Counted from the first letter of the stretch, positions 1-14,067 are shown. The stretch: 47,149 nucleotides of DNA from Proteromonas lacertae (GCA_002245135.1 NGBS01000589.1:186001-233149); one strand, 5' to 3'. The notes: generated by a model not told the origin, from the letters alone. Made by a program: numbers and translations.

Positions 1-34
1 TTATTTATATATTTATTATTATTTGTATATATAG

Positions 35-1860
35 CATGTGAACCAATATTGAAAGATTATCCAGAGTTGCAAGAACAATTACAGGAGATAAGAGCACAAC
101 AAGAAGCTGAGAGATTATTCCAACTAAGTGTACAACAACAACAATTAGCAGAAGAACAAAGACAACAAAAACTATTAGAAGAACAACAACAAGTAGAACA
201 GCAACAATTAGAAGAACAACCGATGGAACAGTCGGAAGAACAACCACAAGAAAATGTACAACCAGAACAACAACAACCAGAAGAAGAAACTCAACAATCA
301 GTTGAAGAACAACAACCAGAACATTCTGTAGAACAAGAGCAATTACTACCACCTGAACAACAACAACAATTAGAGGAACAACAACAGCAATTCAGTAATA
401 TTCCAACATTAAAGATTTTACAATGTACAACTCCAGTGTTAGATTTCCCAATTAAAAAACCAATGAGATGTAAAGTCAAAATAGCAATGAATGGAATGAA
501 TTTCGATGATATTGAAGGATTTGAATTTATATTCTTCGATATTAAATTAAAGTCAGTTATTCCAGGTTATATATCCAGTGAAGGTGGTTATTTATTAAAT
601 ATAAATGGAAGTGGATTTGTTTCAGGTTTGACACATCAATTGAGATTACAGTATGGTGAAGAAGTTACACATTATGATTGTGAATTTGTCAATGGTAATT
701 TACTTACTTTATCAGCTCCTAAATTAGATATGACTTGTATTCCTCCACCACCAACATTTGAAAAGAATAATTTACCATCACAACAACCACAAGAAGGAGG
801 AGAAGGTAATGAAGATAATAATGAAACATCAGCTGAAGGTGGAGAAGAAAAGAAGGAAGAAGTAGAAGAAGAGGAAAAGAAAGAAGAAAAAGAAGAAACA
901 AAAGAAGAAGGAGATGAAGAAAAACAAGAAGAAGAAAATAAAAAAGAAGAGACAGCTCCAGAAGTAAAGAAAGATTGTTTAAGACAATACGAAGCTTCAA
1001 TTACATGTAATGGTAGAAATTACTCTAACACATATCCATACATTGTATATTCAGGAGAATTTACAGATATTTCTCCAAGATTTGGTCAGAAAGAAGGAGG
1101 AACACTTGTATCAATTATTCCTAATTCTCCAATATTACATGAATTAACACCAGAACAATCAGAGTTTATTAAAGTCACAATCAAGTCAAAAACACAAGAA
1201 GAAACTCTTCCAGCTGTATTTAATGTTGAAAAGCAATGTATTGAATTTACTACACCAAAATTAATTGAAATTGAACCACCTCCAGAAGCAGTTCAACCAA
1301 AAGGAAAAGCAGCTGAGAAAGCTAAACCTGATAAAGGAAAGAAAGGTAAAAAAGATGCTAAGAAAGAATCACCAAGAATGTCAGAAACTGCAACAGCTGC
1401 TGGTGAAGAAGTAACACCTGAACCTGAGATTATCGTCACTGATCCAATAATGAAATTGATTGTTTCATTAAATCAATATGAGAATATACAATTATCTGAT
1501 GAAATTGTTTATACATATTTACGTATATATAATTATTTATTATAAATAGCAATTCCCGAATTAGTAGCAGCAAAACCAAACACACTCAAACCAGATGGAA
1601 GTGTTAATTTCACAGGAAATGGATTTGTCCAATCAAAAGATATCAAATTTAAAATCGTTTCAGATTATCTATTAGAGCCTGTGTATGTAGATGGAACATG
1701 TTCTGATGATTGTAAGACAATTCAAGCAACATTCCCTGCACTTCCTCCACAACAAAACGATGATCCAAAATTGAAGAAATCCGGTTATCCAGCTAGAATA
1801 TCAGTTACATTAAATTTGCAAGAATATAGTAATGAAATTAATGTCACTATAAAGTTTTAA
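35..1860 (+). CDS. IPT/TIG-repeat protein with Q/E-rich low-complexity linkers (5' part upstream of window)
   Basis: Exon starts after AG at 33-34. IPT/TIG-like units: LKSVIPGYISSEGGYLLNINGSGF, FTDISPRFGQKEGGTLVSI and, after a 27-nt GT-AG intron (1523-1549), PELVAAKPNTLKPDGSVNFTGNGF. Stop TAA at 1858-1860. Confidence 0.7.
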
Positions 1861-1943
1861 TTATTAATAATACATTCATTTATTGAACTTTTGTTAAGAA
1901 CAAGTATAAACAAATATACAAAATCAATAAACGATATAAATTA

Positions 1944-3581
1944 CTATTCTGATGGTTTTTCCGTTTTTCTCTTCTTCTTTTTCTCCGATCCTTCTTTATT
2001 CTCATTCTCTCTCTTTTTACCTTTATTATTCCTCTTCTGCCATTGTTCATATTCATCTAAAAACCCATAATCAATCATTCTTTGATTTGCTTCTGTCTCA
2101 CTTCTATTCACTTTATTTATTAACAACATCACTTTACTTTCTTCTACATCTTCCATCTTAGCTAATTCAGAGCCAATGTGTTTTTCAATCTGATGTATTA
2201 ACTGAATATCATATTGTGTGATTAATGATATACTCTTTCCTAATTTCCCTATTCTTCCTGTTCTACCTATTCGATGAATATAATCTCTTGGATCTCTTGG
2301 AATATCATAATTAATAACTAAATCAACCTATTAAACAATAACAATAACAACAATATATATATACAGTTGGTATATCCAATCCACGACTAGCAACATCAGT
2401 AGCAACTAATACTCTACTTATTTGAGCTTTAAATTTCCCAAGTGAAGCTAATCTTCTTCTTTGATTTAAAACACTATGCATTACAACATTATCAATCTAG
2501 TTTAAATATAATAAATAATAAATACATTCATTACATCCAATACTTCATGCACTAATTGAGCTTGTTTGACTGTACTAGCAAATATAATCATTGATCCACA
2601 ATCAGGATTGATATTTTGATTTTTATCTTCTTTTTCTGCTCTTTTCTTTCCTGGTTTTTTATTACTCTTTTTCTTGTGAGTTTCTTTCTCTTCTCCTTCT
2701 TGTAAAATATATGGACCATAATTCTTTATTAAATATATTAAATAACATAATTTAACTTGTTCTGGAATAAACAAATACAATTGTTCAATTGTATTAACTA
2801 CTGTATCAGTTTTAGTTGCATTGTATATAAATGGATCTTTTAAATAAGTTTGAGTATATTCTTCAACAGCAGGTGAAATAGTAGCAGAGAATAATAATTC
2901 TATTCTATTTTTAGGTAATAAATCTAAAATTTCCCTCACTTTTGGATATAGAGAAGGAGTTAATAATCTATCAACTTCATCTAGAACTAAGTATTTCAAT
3001 GATTTGAACAAACTGCTATTTTCTTTTATATGTTCATATAATCTACCTGGTGTTGCTACTACTATGTGAGGTCTGGATTGTATTTCTATTGATTGATTGA
3101 CTATATCTGTTCCTCCTATAATTTGACAGATTCTAGTTCCCATGTTATCACCAAATACATCAAATTGATCACATATTTGAATTGCCAATTCTCTGACTGG
3201 TGTTAAGATTAATGCATATATACCATATGGATCATCATAGAGAGTTTGTAATATTGGTAATGCGAATGCAGCTGTTTTACCAGTACCAGTTTGTGAACGA
3301 GCTACTACTGATCTTCCTTCTAGTATTTTTGGAATGCAATAAAACTATTTAGAGTTAAAAAGAAACAACAATACTTGAACATCTGTTGGCTTTCTTATTT
3401 CCATCCTATTAATTGCTTTTATGATCCAATCTTTCAAACCTATTTTACTAAATGACTTTAATTTTGGTTCATTATCTTCAACTACTTCATTTTTCATTTC
3501 TTCTTTCTTTGATACTGTTTTAATTTGTTCCTGTGATTTTGTTTTTGATGAAAACAAGGTTATTCCATCTTCACTGCTCAT
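1944..3581 (-). CDS. DBP8: DEAD-box RNA helicase, DBP8/DDX49-like
   Basis: Spliced over introns 3345-3374, 2497-2525 and 2328-2364. Gives KPTDVQ (Q motif), [75 protein letters not shown] and [18 protein letters not shown] is typical of DBP8/DDX49. Confidence 0.88.
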
Positions 3582-3660
3582 TTTAAATTGAAAAGAATGA
3601 CAATGTCAATTTACATTTACAGATTTGATAAGACAAACCATTTTGGCATTTCAATAAAAA

Positions 3661-5474
3661 ATGGGAAAAGATAAGAATCAAAAGAGAAAAAGAACTAAAT
3701 CACTTGAAGAAGAAGAAGGTATATTCCTAATTAATGAATTTATTATTTCATTTCAATAGAACAAGAAAGAATTGAAGATGTATCAGTAGAACAGTCTGAA
3801 GAATCACCTGTTTCTGAAGCAGAAATAGTGAATGAGGAAGAAAGTGATGAAAAACATATAGAAGATGAAGAGATTAAAGAAAATGAAGAAAAAGAAATAA
3901 AGAAAGAGAAACAAAAGAAAACTATTATTAAAAAAGATGCATTTAGCACGGGTGAACCATTTGATATACTTGAATTATCACCATCCATAAGTGAATCAAT
4001 AAAAGCAATGGGTTTCATAAATATGACTCCAATCCAAGCAAAAGCAATACCTCCATTATTATCAGGAAAAGATTTAATTGGTTCAGCCAAAACAGGTTCT
4101 GGTAAAACATTAGCATTCTTAATCCCAGTTGTGGAACTATTAAAGAAAGTGAAATTCAAGCAACGTCAAGGTACTGGTGCAATAATTATTACTCCAACTC
4201 GAGAATTAGCTCTACAGATATACAGTGTATTAGATGATTTATGTAATAAAGAATCAATAACTTATGGTGTTTGTATGGGTGGAACAAATCGTAAAACTGA
4301 AGCGAGTAAACTGGTAAAGGGAATTGGAATAATAATTTGTACACCTGGTAGATTATTAGATCATTTACAAAATACAGCTGGATTTGAATATAGTAATTTA
4401 CAATGTTTAGTGATAGATGAAGCTGATAGAATATTACAAATTGGTTTTGAAGAAGATATGAAATCTATCATTAGATTATTACCGAAGAATAGACAAACTA
4501 TGTTATTTTCTGCTACGCAAGATAAAAAGGTAGATGGATTAAGTAAACTTGCTTTAAAAGTATAATATTATATATATATATATATTATTTTTTTATTTAT
4601 TATTTTAATGAATATATAGAATAGTCCAGTATATGTGGGTGTTGATGATTCTGCAAAATTAGCTACAGTGAGTAACTTAGAACAAGGATTTGTCATATGT
4701 GAAAGTAGTAAAAGATTTTTGCTATTATATACATTTTTAAAAAAGAATTTAAGTAAAAAGATTATGGTATTCTTTTCAAGTTGTAACTCTGTCAAATTTC
4801 ATAGTGAATTGTTGAATTATATTGATATTCCTGTATTAGATATTCATGGAAAACAGAAACAAAGCAAAAGAACTTCAACATTTTTTGAATTTTGTAATAT
4901 GAAGAATGGAATTTTACTTTGTACAGATGTAGCTGCTCGTGGTTTAGATATTCCAAGTGTTGATTGGATCATACAATTTGATCCTCCAGATGATCCAAAA
5001 GAGTATATTCATAGAGTTGGTAGAACAGCAAGAGGAGCTGAAGGAAGTGGTAAAGCATTATTGTTTTTAACAGCTGAAGAATTAGGATTTTTGAAGTATC
5101 TAAAAGATGCTAAAGTTGCTTTGAATGAATATGAATTTCCTGAAAATAAAATTGCAAAAGTTCAAAGTCAATTAGAAAAATTAATTTCAAAGAATTTCTA
5201 TTTATATAAATCTGCAAAAGAAGCATATAAATCATATATAATGTCTTATGCTTCTCATTCATTAAAAGATATATTTAATATTAATAATATAGATTTGAAT
5301 GGAGTTTCTAAAGCATTTGGTTTTACTACTCCTCCACATGTAAATTTATCAGTGTTTAAAACTACAGGTCCTTCAGTACGAGATAGAAGTAAAAAACCAA
5401 GTAAAAGACAAAAGTTTAATGATTCAAATCCTTATGGTGATAAAAGTGAAGAAAATCGTCAGTTTGTTTATTAA
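3661..5474 (+). CDS. HAS1: DEAD-box RNA helicase HAS1/DDX18
   Basis: Introns 3719-3759 and 4560-4619 join the ORFs in frame. Motifs [69 protein letters not shown] and [11 protein letters not shown]. Confidence 0.95.
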
Positions 5475-5593
5475 TTTCTTTCTTTTTTAAATTTTGTTTA
5501 TGTATTTTTAAGTTTTACCATTTTAATGGTTAGTCTAATGAATAAAACAAAAAATAAAAATAAATAAAACGAATATATTTTTAGATAATTGAG

Positions 5594-6512
5594 ATGCTGT
5601 TTATGTCTTATACTAGGTTATATTTATTTTTAATATTTGTATATAATGCTATGTGTGAATGGACACCCAATTTAACTAAAGCTAATTTAGAAAGTTTACT
5701 TAAAGACAAATATGAAGGTTGTAGTTTTAATTTAAACAATAATTTGTTTGATTTTGCGTCATTAGTATATGAATATGATAAAGAATCGTATTTTACTTCA
5801 GTTTGGATAGATATTGGTGCAAATCAAGGTGAATTTTCAAAATATGTTGCAGATATTGATTCTAATGCTATAATTTATGCATTTGAACCATTTGAACCTG
5901 TTTTTAAATCGTTACAGTGGACTATGAAAGATTACACAAATGTGAAGGTATATATACAATGTTCTTCTATTTTAGTTATTAAATATTGCAATATCAAATA
6001 CTACCGAAAGTAATATACCATTTTATACACAATTAGGCAGAGAAAATGATGTAATATTTGATAGATCTTCACTTGAAAAGTTACATGATGATTATTACAT
6101 ATATCAATACATTAATACAAGTACTTTATATGATTTTTATACTGAAAATGGCAAGAAGGAATTATTCTTCATAAAAATCGATACAGAAGGATTTGATGGA
6201 ATTATTTTAAAGAATTCATTGAATTTGTTTATGAAAAAGAAAATAAAGTATTTGTATTTCGAATATAACAAGGATTGGGAAACAGTTGATTCAAATTTAA
6301 CATGGAAATCCATAGTAAAAGAAATTACAAATTGTGGATATAATGTATATCTTGATGTTGGAAATGTAATTTATATGAATGAATATTTTGTTGATTATGC
6401 AAACCTTGGTGGTAATAAATTAGGATTTTGCTTTAATTTTATAGCAATAAAGAGAGGTTTAAAATATGAAAGGAATATATTCAGAAGATTATGTCCGAAG
6501 TGTGGTTATTGA
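5594..6512 (+). CDS. FkbM-family SAM-dependent methyltransferase with hydrophobic N-terminus
   Basis: WIDIGANQGEFS...IYAFEP, then after a 28-nt intron (5948-5975) LLNIAISN...FIKIDTEGFDGIILK...YLYFEY, which are the FkbM motifs. Confidence 0.85.
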
Positions 6513-6689
6513 ATATAATAAATAGTTATTTTTCTTAGCAAATTTGTTTTGATGGGTAAAATCACTCAAATGTAAAGTTGAACATGGAATGAATTTTATC
6601 ATATAAGACACAATGGTCAAATTATAATCTTAAAAATTAAATTATCAATATAAATAATGAGATAATAAACTAACCCATAAAAGTGTAGA

Positions 6690-7450
6690 AATACTGATTA
6701 ACAATTTATCTACATTTCCAAATCTGAAAGAGATTGTATTATATGGAAATGAGATAGGCGATGTAGGAATGAAAATATTATCATCACACATATATTTATT
6801 AATAAATTGTTTTGGAATAAATTGTTCAAGTATTGATTTCATTATTTAATATTCAATAGAAATGAGATTATCATCAACTGGATTGAAATATGTAATTGAA
6901 GGTTTATAAAGAATTCGTAGAAAAATAAGTCTTTATATAAATGATAATGATATAGATTCATCTGGAATAGAATATTTAATGAATTATGTGATAGAAACTG
7001 GTAGTCTAGAAAATATTATTGTTCATAGTATCTATATTATTATTATATATATGAAATATTTAATGTTTGTTCATAGATAATCCAATTTGGAATGATGGAT
7101 TTAGATTATTATTAAACAATCTAGAAATGTTAGTAGATTATAAGATGATGAATCTGAGTAACATGTCATTATATGATGGCAGTGTGTTATTATTAACAGA
7201 TAGAATAGGTTCAATTAAAGAATGTAAAATAATATTTCTAAATGGAAATTATATTAGAATGACAGGATTAAAAGCAATTTGTTCAAAATCATTAGAAAAA
7301 GAAGAATATCCATTTATACAAATGAATAATGTATGCTGGTCAAATGAAGAATTAAGATATTATTTGAACTATTGTATTAGAAAGAAAAGGAAAGAATATA
7401 ACAGAAAATATGATTTTTCTAGTATGAATTCAAAAATAATAATGGAATAG
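6690..7450 (+). pseudogene. Degenerate RNI-like leucine-rich-repeat gene
   Basis: Fragments FPNLKEIVLYGNEIGDVGMKIL, LYINDNDIDSSGIEYL and IFLNGNYIRMTGLKAI, with an in-frame TAA near 6907. Boundaries are approximate. Confidence 0.55.
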
Positions 7451-8583
7451 ATTTGAACATCAAAGATTGTCACATTTCATTAATAAAACAAATAGATTAT
7501 AGAGAACTTTGATATTGTTAATGTAGTTTGATAGTATTAGATAATTTTGATTGTTGTTATTGTTTTGAGTAAAGTAATGCATTTGTAGAATATCAACTAA
7601 CAGCTAGTGTTTATGTGTTTAATGATATATTTTATACAGCACCGGTCATTTTGGTATTTTAAACAGATACAGAACTAGATTTATCAAAGATGATTAAAAA
7701 TTAAGAAATGAATTTCCTAAACGTTTAAAAGTAGATTTCTTAAGATGAATGCAAAATTTCTAGAATTTGAGTGATTTTGAGAAATATATAGAATTATTGA
7801 ATTGTATTAAGAAATTTTCATTTTGTAAAAATCATGTAAAAAATCATCAAATATACAATCAAGCCTTCATTGTTTTATTGTTCGAATTTGCAATCATGAA
7901 GGGATTTATGAGTATATTTAGTTAATATTATATTAATAGTCACCTTTATTGTTATGTTGATATTGCCTATATACGAATCTTTAGAAGTAAAAGAACAAAC
8001 CAACAAAATAATAGTTACCTTACCTAATGAATACATTGAAAGAATCAGTATTGAAATTAAAATCACCAATCTTGTCTCTTCAACAATATCCGAATTGAGT
8101 ATAAATGATAAGAATATCATGAAAGATTCAATAATTGATATATATAAGAAAGCAGGTATAACATTAAGAAGAGAAGATGTTGAAGTAGTTATGAATAACA
8201 GAAGAATATTATTGCGAAAATTAGCTAATGAACTAAATATCGAAGTAATAATAACAGTTCCAGAAGAATCAACAAAAACACAAATATTCTTTGTAGCAAT
8301 TAGCTTGAAAGATTCTAATGAATTGAATGAAGAAATCAAAGCCAAAACTGATTTGAGTGAAGAAGAAACAATACTCAAAAATTGTGAAGTAGAAGTAACA
8401 AAAGTAGAAGAGAAGATCAATTATCCAACCTCAAAACCTAATCCCACAACCTCAATACCAACCACATCCAATCCAACTACTCTCAAACCATCTACACCAA
8501 ATCCAACAACTACTCCATCTCCTAATACACCTGTAGTTTCAATCTTAATAATAATCTCCAATATTACATCATCTACAATGAAT

Positions 8584-11314
8584 CTGGGTTCGATAAAGGG
8601 CGTCCTTTTCGAATTTTGCCCTATTTTTGCCCCTTTTTTTTCAGCTGAAAAGAAGCCTGCCCCTTACTGCTCGGGCATAGTAATATTAGCATGTGTTATG
8701 CTGTAGTATATTTTTTCTGATTTTTTGTTATAACTTTTCCATATTATCATCTAGATATACTAACATATGTTAAAAAGGATATATTATTGTGTATTATAAC
8801 ATAATAGTCATCTACTTTTCTTATGATTATATAATATCATATGTTTATGCATATATACTAATTATATAGAATATACATACTGTATATCATATTCTGATAT
8901 GCATATATATACATTATGTACATTTCAAGGTGATTGACGTCACTGAACATAAATGTAATTTATATAATAAATAATTTTGTATATTATACATAATCATATA
9001 GATAATTAAGAAGTATAGCTATAGAATGGGTATTTTCAGTTAATTGATAATCAATAGTACTTGTTATGATAATAACATAATATATTTCATAAACTAATAG
9101 AAAAACTATTTCAAAATTACTATTTAGTATATTTTGCATACTACTTAATGTATTTCAAGCAATTATTTGAATACTTAGAAAATGGTTTGAGAATTTCGAG
9201 CTATCATTTTGCATTTCAATTGTATATGGGTAAAACGAGAGATGCTGTGTATAGATACTTTAATGAAGATGTGGTGTTAAAGAAACCCCTTGAAAAATAC
9301 AACAGAATTCAATGCAGAAGGTGCAAGGCAATGATTATTGCTCATTGCACTAATTTGAAACGTCATTACAAAAAGTATAAATATATTTATTATATTTATT
9401 AAATTAGATGTAGTGAAAAGCTAATCCAATCAAAACTTACAGAATTGAGATATGATGAACGTGCAATAAACTTAATGGTGACCAAATATCTTATAAAAAA
9501 TAACTTAGCTTTCAGAACCATACAATCTAAATCCTTTAAAAATCTAATATATGCATTAAATCCAACTACAAAGTCAATAACAATAAACAAAATAAAAGCA
9601 TCAATGAACGAAGAAGCAGAAAGAATAGTAAAGGAAATTGTAGATAACAGTAAAATATGTATAATTGTGGACGCTTGGAAATCAGTAACCAATGAAAACG
9701 TTATTAATTTGGCAATAAAGAAAAGCAGTGATATTTCGTTTTTGGAATCCATTTATTTACATAAACGAGAAACATCAGAAAATATAGTGGAATTAATAAT
9801 TCAAACATTAGTGAAGTATAAACTAGATATTAAAAACATTGTTGCTGTGAGTAGTGATAACAACTACACCATGAAAAAGATAAGTAGTATTTTAGAGAAA
9901 AAAATAAATAGACCTGTATTAAAGTTTGGATGTTTAGCACACATCCTAAACTTAATCAGTAAAAAAGTATTCGAAATAGAGAAATACAAAAAAGTGATAG
10001 TCATGTGTAATGACATTATTCATAAGTTAAATAATAATCAAAAGATTAGAGAAACTATATATTCAATTATACAAAAAAATATCCAAATACGCAAGGGTTG
10101 TGATACGAGATGGTCAAGCTATAGCGATGTATTTAGAAAAATATTACTCAATAAAGAAATTTTATTACAGATAAAATTATTAAAGGAAGAAGATATACCA
10201 GAAATTAAAGAATGCTACAAGATTGCAAAATATATTTCCACAAATATACACTTATTATGCAAAGATTCATCTACATTAAATGATGGTTTCAGAATATTGA
10301 CCAAAATTAAAAGAAAGTTAATGAAAAGGTCATCAAGTGAAAAAGAACTTATTAAAGACATTATAAAAAAAGAGACTAGACATGCAAACTACAGCATTTT
10401 AGCTCTATATGAATTTTTAGACATAAACAGTAAACATAAATTTTCAGACATGGAGAAGGATAATATATAAAGATATATATTATCTAAATTCAGCCCTATT
10501 TTAAATCAGAAAGCATTAAATGAGATATATCATTTTGAAAGAAGAAAACCATACTCCAAAAAGTGCCCTTCAGATATATTTTCGAAAAAGATATCAACTA
10601 ATATATGGTACAATATGTATGGAGTTTTTTACCCAAATGTTAAGAAGCTATATGATATTCTTTCAACTATTCCTGTCACAAGCTCATTTATTGAACGTTC
10701 ATTTAGTATTGAGGGAATAGTTCATAATCATATTAGAAATAAATTACAGCTTAATACTATAAATAATATTTTAAGAATAAAATATGATTTATTAAAAGAA
10801 AAAAACAAAGAAAAAGATAGAAATGAAGATGATAATGATATTAGTGAAGAAGAATATAATTTAGATGTGCTGAATGAAATTGATAACAATATAGCATATG
10901 ACACTTTAGATTATCAATGTTCTGGTGATGAAGATGAAAGTTCTGGTAGTTCTAGCGATGAAGGTTTAAGTGATGAAAATTCTAGTGATAAAGATGAAAG
11001 TTCTAGTGATGAAAATGAAAGTTCTAGTGATGAAGGATCTCAAAGCCCTTACTTTTAAGGCTATTATTATAATGAAATATTATTGTTTGTTATTGTTATA
11101 AGATAATAATACATAATTATGAAAAGAATAAATATTTTTATAGCGTTTAATATCCCTAAAATCGCACAAAATATAAAAATATAAATAAAATAATTGAAAA
11201 GGGCAAATTGTACCCTTTTCTATTTTTAGATAGTATAAAGGACGCCCCTTTCAATTTTTGCCCGGGACATGCCCTTGTCCCGCCACTGCCCTGTCCCTTT
11301 ATTATTCAACCCAG
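8584..11314 (+). mobile_element. hAT-superfamily DNA transposon (2731 bp)
   Basis: 8-bp TSD CAATGAAT at 8576-8583 and 11315-11322. Imperfect TIRs: left CTGGGTTCGATAAAGGG, right (reverse complement) CTGGGTTGAATAATAAAGGG. TTTTGCCC/GGGCA subterminal motifs at both ends and an internal transposase. Confidence 0.93.
9226..11058 (+). pseudogene. hAT transposase (BED finger, DDE core, C-terminal dimerisation domain), about 600 aa, one premature stop
   Basis: BED-like QCRRCK...NLKRHYKKC across intron 9375-9407. Motifs IIVDAWK, VSSDN, CLAHILNL, CDTRWSS and IPVTSSFIERSFS. TAA at 10468-10470, after which the same frame continues. Confidence 0.88.
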
Positions 11315-11829
11315 CAATGAATGAAAATGATAAAAATATTATGAAAGATTCAATTATCGAAATATACTTTAAAGTAGATATAACAATAAAAAGAGATGAA
11401 ATAGAGCTAGTTATTTTAAGAGGTTTAGAAAATGAAATGAATGTTGAAGTGATTATAAAACTATCTACAGAATCTTCGAACAATGAATTCTTTAATACAG
11501 CATATCAATTAAAAAATGATTCAAGTAAACTTATAGAAATAATCAAAGAGAAAGCTCATTCATCACCAGTAGAAACAATATTTCATGAATTTGCATTAAA
11601 TATAACAAATGTTGAAGACAAAACCATATATCCAACAAATCATGATAACGAAAGAGATAAAGATGATAATGATAATAGTTTGTTGATAAAAGGTATAATA
11701 ATAGGATTAATAATAGCGCTGTTATAGTAGTAATAGTAGTAGCAATTGGAATATTGTTGTGTAGATGTAGAAAATCAGAATCTCATTCATCAACAGCCAA
11801 ATCTAAAAAACCAAATTAATATTATTATA

Positions 11830-13533
11830 TTAATCTACTTTTAAATCTCTATTAGGATGTTTATTTTTCAATCTCATTATAAAATCATCATAATTTGTCA
11901 GTTTATTCTCTTTTATAGAAAAATATTGAAGTGATTTACATTTGAAAAGATTGTTGATAAGAATTTCACCTCCGTCATCTCTAATTTCATTACAGTTTAA
12001 ATATAATTCTTTCAATTTTGATAAATAATGTATATAATGACACAAATACTTCACTCCTTTGTCACTTATTGCACATGCTATTTAATATATTAGATTCAAA
12101 TATATATATATACCTGTAAGAATTAACTTATTCAAATTAGGTATATCTTTAAAATGTGAACTTATGAAACCAATGTTATTATCTCCTATTCTACCTCCTA
12201 ATATAAAATATATGTGATAATGAGATAAAAAATGAATACCTTCAAATCCCATGTAATTTAACTTAGGAATGAAATGTAAATTCTCTGAAAATACTTTCAA
12301 ACTTTTAGTACCAATCGAATTGCTATTTAACATCAGCCTTTCCATATCTCTAAACAATTTAAAACATTCTGAGTATATATTTAATCCAACTGAAGTAATG
12401 TTATTATCTAAAAAACTAAAATTGAAACATTAATACTTTGAACATCTATAAACTTCATACCTTCCACACTAATTAATGTAGAGACTAAATATTTCATCCC
12501 ATCATCTCCCATTTTAACTAAATAATGTAATATATACATATACAACCTCCAAAGTACATTCCACTATGTTTCAGCTTCATACATCTATCAATTTCATTGT
12601 CGATTTTGTTTTCTACAATATATAAATGTTATATATTTAAATCATTAGCTAATTTTATAACTGTAACTTTAAGGCGAGGTTCATTTATTTCTATTATATT
12701 ATATTATCCACATTATATACTTTTTAATTCATACATCACCTCATTGAGTTTCATTCGATCTTTCTTTTCTTTTAGTAGTATTTTACATAAGAATGAGTTT
12801 AATACATCATTATACTCACATTCTAATGGTTTATAGTTTATATTTTCTATGTTCTTCATTGTTTGCAGCATAGAAGAACTAAAAAATGGATATTTACCAC
12901 TCTTAATATAATAAAATATTAAGCCAAAATTCCAAATATCACTTGATATATCCAACTCTTTTCCTAATAATTCATCTACACAAACAAAGCACAAATCTTC
13001 TTCTTTTCTCACTCTTTTACCCTTCTTTCCTTTATATAACAAATTTTCTAAATAATCACTTATTATTACTTCATTTTCATCATTCAAAAAAATATTGGAT
13101 GGTTTTAAATCACTATGAATTGTTTCAACTTCATCTAAACTCTTTAATGCTATCAATATCCCATTTAATACTTCAAATGGACCATACTCTTCAAAATATT
13201 TCACAGGGTCTATTTCATCCAAATTTACTCTATACTCTTTCATCACTCGATGTAATTTCTTCTCTTTTACTTCAATAATTTTATATTTCATTAAACCTTT
13301 AAAATTCAATCTATTAATCTTACTCATTTTATTAACTATTTCAACCACTACTTTTGGATTCATCTCTTTCACGCTAATTACTTTTAATAATTCATTTGAT
13401 CCATCTTCTTCATTTTCAGCTCTTAATAGCTTATCTTTATATATATAATTGCTTAATAACTATAGAAGAACAAATAATTAAATAAACATACCCCAAATTT
13501 GCTCTTTTTCAACGAACTGTTTAGAGGTAGCAT
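11830..13533 (-). CDS. Divergent (pseudo)kinase fused to C-terminal RNI-like LRRs, multi-intron
   Basis: IHSDLKPSNIFL and DIWNFGLIFY, with DFG replaced by DYL. Downstream LRR exons LMLNSNSIGTKSLKVF and LKELYLNCNEIRDDGGEIL. Exon structure partly uncertain. Confidence 0.65.
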
Positions 13534-13725
13534 ATTTTATAATAAATAATTACTATAATAAAAGCTACAGGATGAAAACTGAAAAGCAGATTGATGAAAG
13601 ATCTCAAGCTTTTATTTACTAGGTTTGAGTTTATTTTGTCATAAATCACATCATTACATATATTTTTATTTATAAAACACAATATTATAAAAATATATTG
13701 AGATAACAATATTCAAAAGTGATTA

Positions 13726-14067
13726 TTAAATCGGTTTTAAGTAAGATTTTGGTACAAAACCACTCTTACCTTCATCAGTCTCTACTTTCCACCAATCAGG
13801 ATTATCTTGTTTCAATATTTTCACAATTTCTTTCTTCTTCACACTAATTGTTCCTTTTTCACCTCCATCAAAATTATACATCACTTGAGCTTTAGGTTTT
13901 ATATCTTCTTCTTCTTCTTCTTCATTCACATCATCTTTATTTTTACCAGAGGTTCTTGGTTGAGGAGTTGGTCTTACATTTTTTTCTTCTTCAGAATCAG
14001 ATGAATCAGATTTTGAATGTTTAGGTTTTGAATGACTGTTTTTTTTACTATTCATTTTATGTCTACT

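Larger units (their letters stand above)
7954..11819 (+). pseudogene. Type I membrane/surface protein (two related repeats, P/T-rich linker, C-terminal TM) split by a hAT insertion
   Basis: Removing the element plus one TSD gives in-frame SSTMNENDKNIMKDSIIEIY, paralogous to the first repeat INDKNIMKDSIIDIY. The TM continues after a frameshift near 11716 (AVIVVIVVAIGILLCRCRK). Confidence 0.7.

Noticed and set aside
5..1000. Hydrophobic or Cys-rich minus-strand ORFs (5-352, 291-479, 719-1000)
   Set aside because: These are antisense shadows of CAA/GAA-rich coding sequence. The same applies to 7875-8420, 41935-42395 and 44516-44902.
10468..10470. Recurring in-frame TAA codons (also near 6907, 27423 and 32509) suggesting stop-codon reassignment
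   Set aside because: Conserved genes have no internal TAA/TAG, end in TAA/TAG/TGA and use CAA for poly-Gln. The internal stops occur only in decaying genes.
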